From the NCBI GenBank assembly GCA_951406725.2, contig OX597827.1, positions 23,932,001 through 23,996,000 on the forward strand: DNA of 64,000 nt, read 5' to 3'. Positions 35,988 through 51,148 of the stretch are shown piece by piece; the first letter of the stretch is position 1; each line of letters begins with the position of its first letter. Below the pieces are notes generated by a model. It was not told the origin of the DNA and made no database searches. It was given only the letters and a program-made list of their open reading frames with translations. The translations under genes and the position numbers were made by a program. This DNA is from Octopus vulgaris (lineage: Eukaryota).

Positions 35988-36327
35988 CAGTGGTTCTTAA
36001 CTATTTTTTTTTTTTTTACCTATGGACCCCTTTGATTATTATTCTGTTCTGGTGGACCCCCATTGTCATTCAATGTTTAAAAACGAGTTTTAAAGACCCT
36101 TCTTCCAAAAAAATTTTACTTTGCTTTTCACTCATTCTCGTGTGCAGGTTGGATTATGAGGAAGAACTTTAGAGAAAGAAACTTGGCTGTTTTTTTGCAA
36201 TAAATATATGGGGTCGATTCATTTGACTAAAATCCCTTTCCTGGATGCTCAATATACTACTACTGAGTCCCCAAAAACTTTATATAGACCCCCAGGGATC
36301 ATAAAAAACGCCAGTTGAGAACCACTG
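35988..36327. mobile_element. hAT-like MITE
   Basis: TIRs CAGTGGTTCTTAAC / GTTGAGAACCACTG; degenerate 8-bp TSD ATCTACAT / ATCCACAA. Related ends near 18913 and at 54174-54370. Confidence 0.7.
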
Positions 36328-37930
36328 ATCCACAAACACTCAGCTGTAACCCACATCCCAAGGATGACTTGGTACTAGCATGTACCATGCTTTCCTTAAT
36401 TGTTTTAGGTACCTGAATAGTTGCAGCAAACTTAAAATCTTCCCTACTTTCTGCTCCATAACCCAGCAGAGCAGTCAGGAAGGAGGTTATAGTGGAGAAA
36501 GAGGAGGGTTGCACTGGCCCCGAGCCAATACTTAAATTAATGAACCCTGAATGGAAGAAAAGTAACAACAGGAACTGAGGTCAGGTTGCAGAGAACCAGA
36601 ACAAATATTGTTACAGTCGGTTGCTTTGGCATTGAGGCATGTGTGTGTCTTCATAAATACATACAGGTATCATCATTTAACGTCCGTTTTCCGTGCTGGC
36701 ATGGGTTGGACGGTTCGACCAGGGTCTGGGAAGCCAGGAAGCTGCACCAGGCTCCAGTCTGATCTGGCAGTATTTCTACAGCTGGATGCCCTTCCTAACG
36801 CCAACCACTCCATGAGTGTAGTGGGTGCTTTTTACGTGCCACCGGCACAGGTGCCAAGGAAGGCTGGCAGCGGCCACGATCGGTTGGTGCTTTTTACATG
36901 CCACTGGCACAGAAGCCAGTCAAGGTGGCGCTGGCATCGGCCACGTTCAGATGGTGCTTTTTATGTGCCACCAGCACAGGTATCACAACTACAATTTCCA
37001 TTTGATATTTATTTTGATGTTGATGTACTTGACTCAATAGGTCTCTGCACACACCTACACATAATACCTTTGGCAATATGCTGTGCTTGAATAGACGACC
37101 CATCAAGCCAAGTGAAATCATAGTCATGGCAGCTACTGGTGTCACGCAACTGGCACCTGTGCCGGTGGCACTTAAAAGCACCCATTATACTCTTGGAGTG
37201 GCCGGCTTTAGGAAGGGCATCCAACCATAGAAGCCATGCCAAATCAGACTGCAGTCTGGTGCAATCCCTCAGTTTACTAGCTCTTGTCAAATTATCCAAC
37301 CCATACCAGCATGGACATTACATGATGATGATGTTATATATATACATATACACAGGCATGACAGTATGGTAAGAATTTTGCTTCCCAACAACATGGTTCA
37401 AGGTTCAGTCCCACTTTGTAGTACTATGGGAAAGTGTCTTCTATAGCATGAGGCCAATCAAAGCCTTGTGAGTGGATTTTGTAGACTGAGACTAAAAGAA
37501 GCCTGTCCCCTTCTACACTGCTTGCCAACTGCTGTTGGTTTGTTTACATCTCTATAACTTAGCAGTTCAGCAAAAGAACCAACAGAGTAAGAACCAGGCT
37601 TTAAAAAAAAAGTCCGGGGGGGGGGCATTCATTTAACTAAAAATTCTTCAAGGTGGTGCCCCAGCATGGCCACAAACTAATGACTGAAACAAAAAAAAGA
37701 AAAATACAGACACACGATAACACTGATTAGTGAGAATGAGTGCTCAACACTGCATTTGGTGGATAAACAAGGCTACCAATAGTTTCTTATCCAAAGTGGA
37801 GGAGATATTGAAGCATTTTTTAAATGGAGCACTTGAAAATTGTGTATGTTCATTCCACATGAAACCATTGGTAGCATTGCTAATCCACAAATAAAGTACA
37901 TATCATCATCATCATATATATATATATATA

Positions 37931-38315
37931 TAGTAGAACCTTGCAGTATGAGTGCCCCATTGTACAAGTAATTTGCTATACGAGCTGAGATTCATGTGAA
38001 TTTTTGTCTTGAAGTACGAGCAGAAATCCAGAGTACGAGCACACAAATCATCCCATCTTTAAGGTAATTCAGTTAATAAAACCCGTTGACATATTTCTTT
38101 TGCATTCTCTTTTTTATAATTGCCATTTTACTTGTAACTACACCTTTCCTGTTTTAAAAACCATGAAAAATTATTTTTGATTGGTTTTTGGGGGCTGGAA
38201 CGGATTAATTATATTTTAGTTAATTTCAATGGGAAAAACTGATTTGTAAAACAAGTGAATAAGAAGACGAGCTCGGTCATGGAACGAATTAAACTTGTAC
38301 TATGAGGTATCACTC
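37931..38315. mobile_element. Tigger-like remnant (copy at about 45780-46163; similar element at about 56040-56348)
   Basis: Decayed ends AGTAGAACCTTGCAGTA / TACTATGAGGTATCACT and an internal GGAACGAATTAAACTTGTA motif typical of this group. Confidence 0.5.
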
Positions 38316-38670
38316 TGTGTGTGTGTGTATAAATATATATACATACACATACATATACATACAAATATGTCCTTTATGGCCATGCTCTCACTCTCTCTCT
38401 CTCTCTCTCTCTTTTCCCAGCTGAAAGGTCTCTGTTTTGCAGGTGCTGGAGCTGTGTAAAAGACACTTGTGCTGGTACCACATTTTATGCACTCATGCCA
38501 GTGCTGCAGAGATGCATCCAGCACACTAAGTAAAGTGGTTGGCATTAGGAAGGGCGTCCAGCCATAAAGGACAATTGGAACCTGGACAGCTCCTGTCAAA
38601 CCATCCAACCCATGCCAGCATTGAAAACAAACGGTGAATGATGATAACAATGATCCCACACACACACATC

Positions 38671-38725
<55 letters not shown>

Positions 38726-41700
38726 GAGAGAGAGATACACACATATCTCTCTACCCTGCTGTCCATCAATACATTTGCCAGTTTACAAAAATCTAAAAAT
38801 AAAATATAAAACAACAACAAACAAGAAAAACAAGAGAAATCTCAACAGATCTGTGGAAATGTCAGAAGCAAAGTATTAATGAGAATTATAAGAACGGACA
38901 ACAACAACAACAGGTTCTACAGTCAAAACTGTGTCCCTCTTCCCCTCCGCTTCCACCACCTGATCAGATTGAAGACAACAACACAGAAATATGGAAATGT
39001 TAGCCTCATATAGAATATGGCAGCGGCGGGGGTGGGGAGCATTTGTGTGTGTGTGGGTGTGTGTTGGTTGTGCGTGCTGGTGTGTGTGTGAGTGTGTGTG
39101 TTGGTATAGTGTATGTATTGTGTGATTGTGTGGTGTCATTGTGTGTGTGTGGTTGTGTGTGTGCATGTTTGTTTTATGTGTGGTGTGTGTGTGTTGGTAT
39201 GGTGTGTGTGTAGTATGTGTGTGTGTGTGTGTTTCTGAGTTGGCTTACTATGTGTGAAAGAAACAAACACTTCAACAAAGCAATGATGCTGCTGCTGCTG
39301 ATGAGGATGACAAAACTGGTTATAACGATAGTTATGATGATGGAGACAAGGATTACTACTATGGTCTTATAATGATGGTGGTGGAGAGGTGGTTGGTGGT
39401 GGTGACGAGGTTGACTATAGTGAGGATGACATTGTTGGGTGCATTTAGCACTAATGACTTAATTAGCTTTATAGTATTGCTGTTGATAATGTTGTAGTGG
39501 ACATGGTAGGGTGGGTGACTGAATGGAGGTGGGGGAGGCCTGCCAAGGCAAAATACAGAGTTGCCATGGTAACCAGTTGTTGTAAAGGTGGGAAGATTGA
39601 CAATATGAAACTTCAAATAACAACTTATGTACACACACACACACACACACACATGGACTCAGTAATTATTTGGGAGCAGAGAGGAAACCTTTCAATCTTC
39701 ACTTGTCCCCAGGTTCTATCCTTTCATAATCCCCTTCCACAGTCTCACAAAGATGATCCAAAAGCCCCCATCACACTTTCTGTCTCCACCAAATGCCTAC
39801 CTGCTGGCTACAAATGCAAAAGGTTTTGCTCCTTGAAGAACTTTAGTTGAACGAATTGGCCCCAGTACTTATATTTTTTGTGCCTGGCACTTATTCTATC
39901 AGTCACTATTGCCAAACTGCTAGGTTACAGGGATATAAACAAACCTATACCAGTTGTCAAGCAGTGGCTGAGACAAACACATATAAACACACAACAGGCT
40001 TCTTTCAGTTTTCCTCTACCAAATCTGTTGGTCAACCTGAAGCTTTTGTTGGAGGCCTGGCTGTGTGGTAAAAACCCTGATACACACACACCATACACAC
40101 ACACACACTATAAGTGCAAGTGTGGCTGTATGGTATGAAGTTTGCTTCCCAACCACATGGTTCCAGGTTCAGTCGTACTATGCTGTACCTTGGGCAAGTA
40201 TCTTCTACTATAGACTTGAGCCGATTAAAGCCATGTGAGTGGATTTGGTAGATGGAAACTGAAAGAAGCCTGTCATCATCATCATTTAATGTCCATACCA
40301 TTTTTATGAGCATGTACATATATATATATGTGTGTGTGTGTGTATATATATATATTAACAGGATGAATACTGATGGCCCATTCCCATCAAAACTTCCATC
40401 AAATGCAACCATAACCAAGACTCAACTGGTTGTGTGGAACAGAAAATGAAAACCAAGTATAAAAGTCAGCATCCTAACAGATGTGAAAAGTTCTCTATTC
40501 TGATTACAAATTCTCGTTTATACCAATAATTGTCGATGCACTTAGGCTGTCTTAGTAAATCCATTATTAACCACAATTTTGAAAAGCTAGGATTTTCAGC
40601 TAAAGCTAACAAACACTTCACAAACATAATCCATAAACAGAACAGAAAATAAGAGATGCAAGACTTTTCTAGAGTTCAGCATGGAAACTTATTGTTTTTC
40701 GTTACCCAAATTCAACAATGGGGCTTTGTTTCACTGAGAAGAGAGACTGGCTCCTTCTACATTGAAAAAATTGAAATAATTAAACAAGAACACACACACG
40801 CTGATTAATTTTAGCTGCCAGATCATCCCGAACATTGCAAACCTACAAGGAATTCATATTATATCATATCATCCAGTGTATCATCATCATCGTTTAACGT
40901 CCGTTTTCCATGCTAGCATGGGTTGGATGGTTCGACTGGGGTCTGGGAAGCCAGGAGGCTGCACCAGGCTCCAGTCTGATCTGACAGTGTTTCTACAGAT
41001 GGATGCCCTTCCTAACGCCATCCACAACCTGAGTGTAGTGGGTGCTTTTTACGTGCCACCGGCTGGGAGACCAGAGGAGGCTGACAAACGGCCACATTCG
41101 GACGGTGCTTTTTACGTGTCACCAGCAAGGGTGCCCCTTCCATGCATGTGTATACTACAAATATGTGTGTGTGTGTGTGTGTGTGGTGCAAGCTTGGTCG
41201 TGTGATAGACGTTTGCTTTCAAACCAAATTCCGGGTTTGGTCTCACTGTGTGGTACCTTGTATCTTCTACCATGTCTTCTTGTGAGTGGAGTTGGTAGAC
41301 GGAAACAGAAAGAAGCACAGCATGTGTGTGTGTCTTTGAGTCCATGTTTGCCCACCACCACCACCACTTGCCAACAGGTGCTGGTGCATTTACATCTCTG
41401 TGACTTAGTAGCTCAGCAAAAGAGACTGATAGAATGAATACCAGGCTTAAGAAAAGTCCTGGGATTGATTCATTCAACTAAAAAATTCTTTGAAGCAGTG
41501 CTCCAGCATGGCTGCAGTTTAATGACTGAAACAATTAAAAGATGGAAGCTACATGTACACACACACGGTTGTAGGCAATTCCTCAGAATAGAAAATAACT
41601 CCAGGGACCCACATGTAATTATGTAGGTCAATGTAGGGTCCACAAGTTCAATTCTAAGCTGAGCACTTCTCATCTCAAACAATAAGAAACATTTGTGTTG

Positions 41701-42009
41701 GTTGCTTTGTACTGCTTTCTCTATTCCCATTTATCATTGAGATGTTTGGTTCATGCAGTGTGTGTGTGTGCACATATACTTTGGAAACAATGAGGTCCAA
41801 CACAAGACATTATTTCATCTGAAGACACTTATCTGTACATGAATATATATATATATATAAATATTATATACACATGTATATATGCATTATATGCACACAC
41901 AAACACATATATATACACACACACACATATATATATATGATGGAACATAAAGTCTTGAGATATGGTACAACTAAATATTCGCAGGAAGCAGCAATGACTA
42001 ACAGATAGA

Positions 42010-42076
<67 letters not shown>

Positions 42077-42770
42077 AGGCATGAAAGGAGTGGAGCGGAT
42101 AAGCAATTAAGGAAATGTCCAAACCCAAGCGCTTCCTCAGATCTGCAAAAAGGAGAGGACAACGTGATTATTTTCGATACCTTGCATGATACCTTCTTTT
42201 CTCTATAGATGCATATAACACATACACACACACACACACAGAAATACACAACACACATACATACATGGTCAGTATATAAACACATACACTACATGTAAAC
42301 ATAAGCAAGAAGGATGTACACCCCATATTATATGCAAAAATAGACATATGTCACACAACACAGGTAAACAGAGTAGTGACCAAAAAAGAAAAAAAAAATA
42401 CAGGCAAAACATGCTTGATACATTTTGGTCAAGTATGCAGACCACTACATCACATGCTGATGCTAACATACCAGGCTTCCTTTTGTCTAAGTACTTCATG
42501 GCTGTTAGTGTCACAAAAAGAAATCAGGGAGCAAGGAAAGGAAACATTCCTATTCTCGTCCTCACCCCCACCCACCCATGACATTTTGTGAAGGTGGGCA
42601 GAACTTTTGTATGTATTATGTTGTGTTATTATGCAGAGGAGGAACCAAACTCAAGTGCCACCTCGGGTGATACATCTCATGCCTAAATTATAGTGTTGAT
42701 GAATTTTGGATAACTCTCGACTTTATTACTAAAAAATATATAATTATCAAAAAAAAAAAAAAAGGGAAAT

Positions 42771-42841
42771 TAAATTGGCTGGGAATTGAACCCAGTGCAA
42801 CTTCATAGTAGGCAAGCATTCTACCACTAAAACTAATACTT
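42771..42841 (-). pseudogene. tRNA-Gly-like pseudogene (copy at about 50635-50705)
   Basis: Minus strand reads TAGTGGTAGAATGCTTGCCTACTATGAAGTTGCACTGGGTTCAATTCCCAGCCAAT, resembling eukaryotic tRNA-Gly D and T arms; anticodon arm broken; followed by a T-run. Confidence 0.55.
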
Positions 42842-42905
42842 TCTATAGAAAATTATTATTTTTAAATCTCACAACTTGAGATATTCAGCAACAGCACTTT
42901 GGAGA

Positions 42906-43158
42906 AAAGATTGTTAGCCAACATAACATGGCAGTCCTGGTTTAGGACGAATGTTGCTGTAATTTGGCCCCAGGAGACATCGTCTCCAGCTGGCTATACA
43001 ACATGATCTGTCTCCTCATATTTTCGAACAAGGAAGTGGGGATGCTAGATTCCCTTGTTCGAAAATATAAGGACACAGATCGTGTCGTATAGCCAGCTGG
43101 ATTACAGCAACATTAGTCCTAAACCAGAACTGCCATGTTATGTTGGCAAACAATCTTT
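42906..43158. mobile_element. Palindromic MITE (second copy at 50770-51022 within the duplication)
   Basis: AAAGATTGTTAGCCAACATAACATGGCAG...CTGCCATGTTATGTTGGCAAACAATCTTT; folds over nearly its whole length. Confidence 0.8.
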
Positions 43159-43176
43159 ACTAATATTTTCTTGCCT

Positions 43177-43210
<34 letters not shown>

Positions 43211-43215
43211 GTATG

Positions 43216-43266
<51 letters not shown>

Positions 43267-45330
43267 CATAAGCACGCAAACCAGAATGGGCTAAAATTGT
43301 GTTCACACTACTAAATAATGATTTTTATAAATAAAATATGAGGCAACATTTTTGTCTTTGCTCTAAAATAATTTCCTGTTAATGGCATAATTTGCCAAAA
43401 CTATCACATCGTTTTTAGAATGTATATTTTCAATATTTATATCAATATTATGTTCCTGATAGGTGCCTTAGCCTTGGATATATGCATCATTAAGGTAAGT
43501 ATTTACAATATCTGCAGCTACACTATGTTCTAATTAGTCTTATTACTGGATATATATATACATCATTAGCATAATCTATAGAATGGTGTGTTCCAATTAG
43601 TGCCTTATTACTGGAAGTGCACAATGAACATGCATGCAGTACAGAGGTGTTCAACAGCAAGGACTTTACAACCCATAGTTCTGAGACATAACTAGCCTAG
43701 TCTCAGACTATGTGTATATATACACACACACATATATGTGTATGTATGAATATATATATATATATGTGTATATAAATATATATGTATATATATATATATA
43801 TTCATACATACACAAATACATACATATATATATTTATATATATATATATATTTATATACATTTATATTTATTTATATATATATATATATTTATATACATT
43901 TATATTTATTTATATATATATATATTTATATACATTTATATTTATTTATATATATATATTATTATATATATATAAAGAGAGAGAGAGAGAGAGAGAAGGA
44001 GGGATGAAGACAGATAATGATTATTGAACCAATTACCAGTGTTGTTGTTGTTTAGCCACAGGTCAGTCCTCATCGAGTAGCTCTCTACCCTCAGTGACAT
44101 TCTGGTCACAATCTATCCAGTCTTTCTTTTTCAAGCATAATATACCCAGGGGTTACACTAACCAACATGGTCTTTTTCTTTTTAGAACATAAGTTGTAAT
44201 TTCAGGGTAACTTGTCTGCTATTTCTAGCATAGCTTGACTAAGATGCAATATGTAAATATACAGGTAAGATGAGTAATGTGCCAAATTCTCATATTTGTA
44301 CAAATAATTTCAAATTTTGGTACAAGGCAAGTAATTCTGGAGGAGGGGCGTAAATGAATTACATCGACTCCAGTGTACAACTGGTACTCGTTTTATCGAC
44401 CCCGAAAGGAAGAAAGGCAAAGCTGACCTTGGTAGAATTTGAGCTCAGAACGTGAAGATGGACAAAATGCCGTGAAGCATTTTGCCAACTCGTTACCTTT
44501 GTCATGTTTATAATAATAACGGTTGGTCAAGGTCTTTGAATTACAGATGGAATCCAGCTTTTATTATAATGTCACAGGTTGAGTGTTCCGGGGATACTTT
44601 GGGGTAGCATATCAGGGAATAATAGCTTCAAAAAATCATTTGATAAATATAGACAAGGGGAAAATGATGAAACAGCCATCATCTTTCCACTCTGGCCAGT
44701 TTAAACGCTAAATGGTCAAACTGATGTTTGAAACATAAGAAAAAAAAATTTTTTAATTTATGTCCCAAACTTAACGAAACTTACAATATTTTGTTGTTCT
44801 TTTTAGATGTTAACTAAAGCAAAATTCTTTTAAAACATGGCTAGAAATACTCTCTTCTATACAAATAAGCCATTCTTATAAGATTGAATGTGTTAAGTAA
44901 TTTAATAAAGTATTTATAGCTAATTTATCAGCAGATTTAAATAGTCAAAAATAGCAGATACATAGAAGTGGAGCAAACGGTTACCTTGTCATTGTACCAA
45001 TATCGTCTCCCAGTATCCACATCAAGTGGAAGGACTAAACAATAACCAGGATGTGGTGAGTGACAAGGCCCAGTGAGCAAGTTAACCGTTTTTTGTTACC
45101 TTATTTCTATCAACATGTTCTGCCTGTGTTTTAATTAATTTTGTAAGTAATGAAGAATTTAGTGAAATAACTTGTTATAGTTAAACTGTGTTTAAAACAG
45201 TCAAGGGCAATCAGCTGTCTGCAGGACGTTCTGTAAAGCATGCCTAACTAAAAACTATTTTTTAATTATTTTAGTAGAGCGGCCTGCCTACTAATGAGAG
45301 CCATGTCTCATGCGACCCACTTCTAGTAAG

Positions 45331-45430
45331 NNNNNNNNNNNNNNNNNNNNNNNNNNNNNNNNNNNNNNNNNNNNNNNNNNNNNNNNNNNNNNNNNNNNNN
45401 NNNNNNNNNNNNNNNNNNNNNNNNNNNNNN
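45331..45430. other. Assembly gap (100 N)
   Basis: Run of exactly 100 n. Confidence 1.
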
Positions 45431-46238
45431 AGAGTAAGAACCAGGCTTTAAAAAAAAAAGTCCGGGGGGGGGGGCATTCATTTAACTAAAAATTCTTCAA
45501 GGTGGTGCCCCAGCATGGCCACAAACTAATGACTGAAACAAAAAAAAGAAAAATACAGACACACGATAACACTGATTAGTGAGAATGAGTGCTCAACACT
45601 GCATTTGGTGGATAAACAAGGCTACCAATAGTTTCTTATCCAAAGTGGAGGAGATATTGAAGCATTTTTTAAATGGAGCACTTGAAAATTGTGTATGTTC
45701 ATTCCACATGAAACCATTGGTAGCATTGCTAATCCACAAATAAAGTACATATCATCATCATCATATATATATATATATATAGTAGAACCTTGCAGTATGA
45801 GTGCCCCATTGTACAAGTAATTTGCTATACGAGCTGAGATTCATGTGAATTTTTGTCTTGAAGTACGAGCAGAAATCCAGAGTACGAGCACACAAATCAT
45901 CCCATCTTTAAGGTAATTCAGTTAATAAAACCCGTTGACATATTTCTTTTGCATTCTCTTTTTTATAATTGCCATTTTACTTGTAACTACACCTTTCCTG
46001 TTTTAAAAACCATGAAAAATTATTTTTGATTGGTTTTGGGGGCTGGAACGGATTAATTATATTTTAGTTAATTTCAATGGGAAAAACTGATTTGTAAAAC
46101 AAGTGAATAAGAAGACGAGCTCGGTCATGGAACGAATTAAACTTGTACTATGAGGTATCACTCTGTGTGTGTGTGTATAAATATATATACATACACATAC
46201 ATATACATACAAATATGTCCTTTATGGCCATGCTCTCA

Positions 46239-46269
<31 letters not shown>

Positions 46270-46519
46270 CTGAAAGGTCTCTGTTTTGCAGGTGCTGGAG
46301 CTGTGTAAAAGACACTTGTGCTGGTACCACATTTTATGCACTCATGCCAGTGCTGCAGAGATGCATCCAGCACACTAAGTAAAGTGGTTGGCATTAGGAA
46401 GGGCGTCCAGCCATAAAGGACAATTGGAACCTGGACAGCTCCTGTCAAACCATCCAACCCATGCCAGCATTGAAAACAAACGGTGAATGATGATAACAAT
46501 GATCCCACACACACACATC

Positions 46520-46574
<55 letters not shown>

Positions 46575-49500
46575 GAGAGAGAGATACACACATATCTCTC
46601 TACCCTGCTGTCCATCAATACATTTGCCAGTTTACAAAAATCTAAAAATAAAATATAAAACAACAACAAACAAGAAAAACAAGAGAAATCTCAACAGATC
46701 TGTGGAAATGTCAGAAGCAAAGTATTAATGAGAATTATAAGAACGGACAACAACAACAACAACAGGTTCTACAGTCAAAACTGTGTCCCTCTTCCCCTCC
46801 GCTTCCACCACCTGATCAGATTGAAGACAACAACACAGAAATATGGAAATGTTAGCCTCATATAGAATATGGCAGCGGCGGGGGTGGGGAGCATTTGTGT
46901 GTGTGTGGGTGTGTGTGTGTGTGTTGGTTGTGCGTGCTGGTGTGTGTGTGAGTGTGTGTGTTGGTATAGTGTATGTATTGTGTGATTGTGTGGTGTCATT
47001 GTGTGTGTGTGGTTGTGTGTGTGCATGTTTGTTTTATGTGTGGTGTGTGTGTGTTGGTATGGTGTGTGTGTAGTATGTGTGTGTGTGTGTGTTTCTGAGT
47101 TGGCTTACTATGTGTGAAAGAAACAAACACTTCAACAAAGCAATGATGCTGCTGCTGCTGATGAGGATGACAAAACTGGTTATAACAATAGTTATGATGA
47201 TGGAGACAAGGATTACTACTATGGTCTTATAATGATGGTGGTGGAGAGGTGGTTGGTGGTGGTGACGAGGTTGACTATAGTGAGGATGACATTGTTGGGT
47301 GCATTTAGCACTAATGACTTAATTAGCTTTATAGTATTGCTGTTGATAATGTTGTAGTGGACATGGTAGGGTGGGTGACTGAATGGAGGTGGGGGAGGCC
47401 TGCCAAGGCAAAATACAGAGTTGCCATGGTAACCAGTTGTTGTAAAGGTGGGAAGATTGACAATATGAAACTTCAAATAACAACTTATGTACACACACAC
47501 ACACACACACACATGGACTCAGTAATTATTTGGGAGCAGAGAGGAAACCTTTCAATCTTCACTTGTCCCCAGGTTCTATCCTTTCATAATCCCCTTCCAC
47601 AGTCTCACAAAGATGATCCAAAAGCCCCCATCACACTTTCTGTCTCCACCAAATGCCTACCTGCTGGCTACAAATGCAAAAGGTTTTGCTCCTTGAAGAA
47701 CTTTAGTTGAACGAATTGGCCCCAGTACTTATATTTTTTGTGCCTGGCACTTATTCTATCAGTCACTATTGCCAAACTGCTAGGTTACAGGGATATAAAC
47801 AAACCTATACCAGTTGTCAAGCAGTGGCTGAGACAAACACATATAAACACACAACAGGCTTCTTTCAGTTTTCCTCTACCAAATCTGTTGGTCAACCTGA
47901 AGCTTTTGTTGGAGGCCTGGCTGTGTGGTAAAAACCCTGATACACACACACCATACACACACACACACTATAAGTGCAAGTGTGGCTGTATGGTATGAAG
48001 TTTGCTTCCCAACCACATGGTTCCAGGTTCAGTCGTACTATGCTGTACCTTGGGCAAGTATCTTCTACTATAGACTTGAGCCGATTAAAGCCATGTGAGT
48101 GGATTTGGTAGATGGAAACTGAAAGAAGCCTGTCATCATCATCATTTAATGTCCATACCATTTTTATGAGCATGTACATATATATATATATGTGTGTGTG
48201 TGTGTATATATATATATTAACAGGATGAATACTGATGGCCCATTCCCATCAAAACTTCCATCAAATGCAACCATAACCAAGACTCAACTGGTTGTGTGGA
48301 ACAGAAAATGAAAACCAAGGTATAAAAGTCAGCATCCTAACAGATGTGAAAAGTTCTCTATTCTGATTACAAATTCTCGTTTATACCAATAATTGTCGAT
48401 GCACTTAGGCTGTCTTAGTAAATCCATTATTAACCACAATTTTGAAAAGCTAGGATTTTCAGCTAAAGCTAACAAACACTTCACAAACATAATCCATAAA
48501 CAGAACAGAAAATAAGAGATGCAAGACTTTTCTAGAGTTCAGCATGGAAACTTATTGTTTTTCGTTACCCAAATTCAACAATGGGGCTTTGTTTCACTGA
48601 GAAGAGAGACTGGCTCCTTCTACATTGAAAAAATTGAAATAATTAAACAAGAACACACACACGCTGATTAATTTTAGCTGCCAGATCATCCCGAACATTG
48701 CAAACCTACAAGGAATTCATATTATATCATATCATCCAGTGTATCATCATCATCGTTTAACGTCCGTTTTCCATGCTAGCATGGGTTGGATGGTTCGACT
48801 GGGGTCTGGGAAGCCAGGAGGCTGCACCAGGCTCCAGTCTGATCTGACAGTGTTTCTACAGATGGATGCCCTTCCTAACGCCATCCACAACCTGAGTGTA
48901 GTGGGTGCTTTTTACGTGCCACCGGCACAGGGGCCAGAGGAGGCTGACAAACGGCCACATTCGGACGGTGCTTTTTACGTGTCACCAGCAAGGGTGCCCC
49001 TTCCATGCATGTGTATACTACAAATATGTGTGTGTGTGTGTGTGTGTGTGGTGCAAGCTTGGTCGTGTGATAGACGTTTGCTTTCAAACCAAATTCCGGG
49101 TTTGGTCTCACTGTGTGGTACCTTGTATCTTCTACCATGTCTTCTTGTGAGTGGAGTTGGTAGACGGAAACAGAAAGAAGCACAGCATGTGTGTGTGTCT
49201 TTGAGTCCATGTTTGCCCACCACCACCACCACTTGCCAACAGGTGCTGGTGCATTTACATCTCTGTGACTTAGTAGCTCAGCAAAAGAGACTGATAGAAT
49301 GAATACCAGGCTTAAGAAAAGTCCTGGGATTGATTCATTCAACTAAAAAATTCTTTGAAGCAGTGCTCCAGCATGGCTGCAGTTTAATGACTGAAACAAT
49401 TAAAAGATGGAAGCTACATGTACACACACACGGTTGTAGGCAATTCCTCAGAATAGAAAATAACTCCAGGGACCCACATGTAATTATGTAGGTCAATGTA

Positions 49501-49874
49501 GGGTCCACAAGTTCAATTCTAAGCTGAGCACTTCTCATCTCAAACAATAAGAAACATTTGTGTTGGTTGCTTTGTACTGCTTTCTCTATTCCCATTTATC
49601 ATTGAGATGTTTGGTTCATGCAGTGTGTGTGTGTGCACATATACTTTGGAAACAATGAGGTCCAACACAAGACATTATTTCATCTGAAGACACTTATCTG
49701 TACATGAATATATATATATATATAAATATTATATACACATGTATATATGCATTATATGCACACACAAACACATATATATACACACACACACATATATATA
49801 TATGATGGAACATAAAGTCTTGAGATATGGTACAACTAAATATTCGCAGGAAGCAGCAATGACTAACAGATAGA

Positions 49875-49938
<64 letters not shown>

Positions 49939-51042
49939 CAGGCATGAAAGGAGTGGAGCGGATAAGCAATTAAGGAAATGTCCAAACCCAAGCGCTTCCT
50001 CAGATCTGCAAAAAGGAGAGGACAACGTGATTATTTTCGATACCTTGCATGATACCTTCTTTTCTCTATAGATGCATATAACACATACACACACACACAC
50101 ACAGAAATACACAACACACATACATACATGGTCAGTATATAAACACATACACTACATGTAAACATAAGCAAGAAGGATGTACACCCCATATTATATGCAA
50201 AAATAGACATATGTCACACAACACAGGTAAACAGAGTAGTGACCAAAAAAGAAAAAAAAAATACAGGCAAAACATGCTTGATACATTTTGGTCAAGTATG
50301 CAGACCACTACATCACATGCTGATGCTAACATACCAGGCTTCCTTTTGTCTAAGTACTTCATGGCTGTTAGTGTCACAAAAAGAAATCAGGGAGCAAGGA
50401 AAGGAAACATTCCTATTCTCGTCCTCACCCCCACCCACCCATGACATTTTGTGAAGGTGGGCAGAACTTTTGTATGTATTATGTTGTGTTATTATGCAGA
50501 GGAGGAACCAAACTCAAGTGCCACCTCGGGTGATACATCTCATGCCTAAATTATAGTGTTGATGAATTTTGGATAACTCTCGACTTTATTACTAAAAAAT
50601 ATATAATTATCAAAAAAAAAAAAAAAAGGGAAATTAAATTGGCTGGGAATTGAACCCAGTGCAACTTCATAGTAGGCAAGCATTCTACCACTAAAACTAA
50701 TACTTTCTATAGAAAATTATTATTTTTAAATCTCACAACTTGAGATATTCAGCAACAGCACTTTGGAGAAAAGATTGTTAGCCAACATAACATGGCAGTC
50801 CTGGTTTAGGACGAATGTTGCTGTAATTTGGCCCCAGGAGACATCGTCTCCAGCTGGCTATACAACATGATCTGTCTCCTCATATTTTCGAACAAGGAAG
50901 TGGGGATGCTAGATTCCCTTGTTCGAAAATATAAGGACACAGATCGTGTCGTATAGCCAGCTGGATTACAGCAACATTAGTCCTAAACCAGAACTGCCAT
51001 GTTATGTTGGCAAACAATCTTTACTAATATTTTCTTGCCTGC

Positions 51043-51074
<32 letters not shown>

Positions 51075-51099
51075 GTATGTATGTATGTATGTATGTATG

Positions 51100-51148
<49 letters not shown>

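Larger units (their letters stand above)
37584..45330 (+). repeat. Copy 1 of a ~7.75 kb direct duplication
   Basis: Begins AGAGTAAGAACCAGGC, ends CCACTTCTAGTAAG at the gap; collinear with 45431-53207. Confidence 0.97.

Noticed and set aside
46775-46880. Frame ending IFYMRLTFPYFCVVVFNLIRWWKRRGRGTQF as an alternative TM exon
   Set aside because: No acceptor upstream (a CA microsatellite) and no homology.
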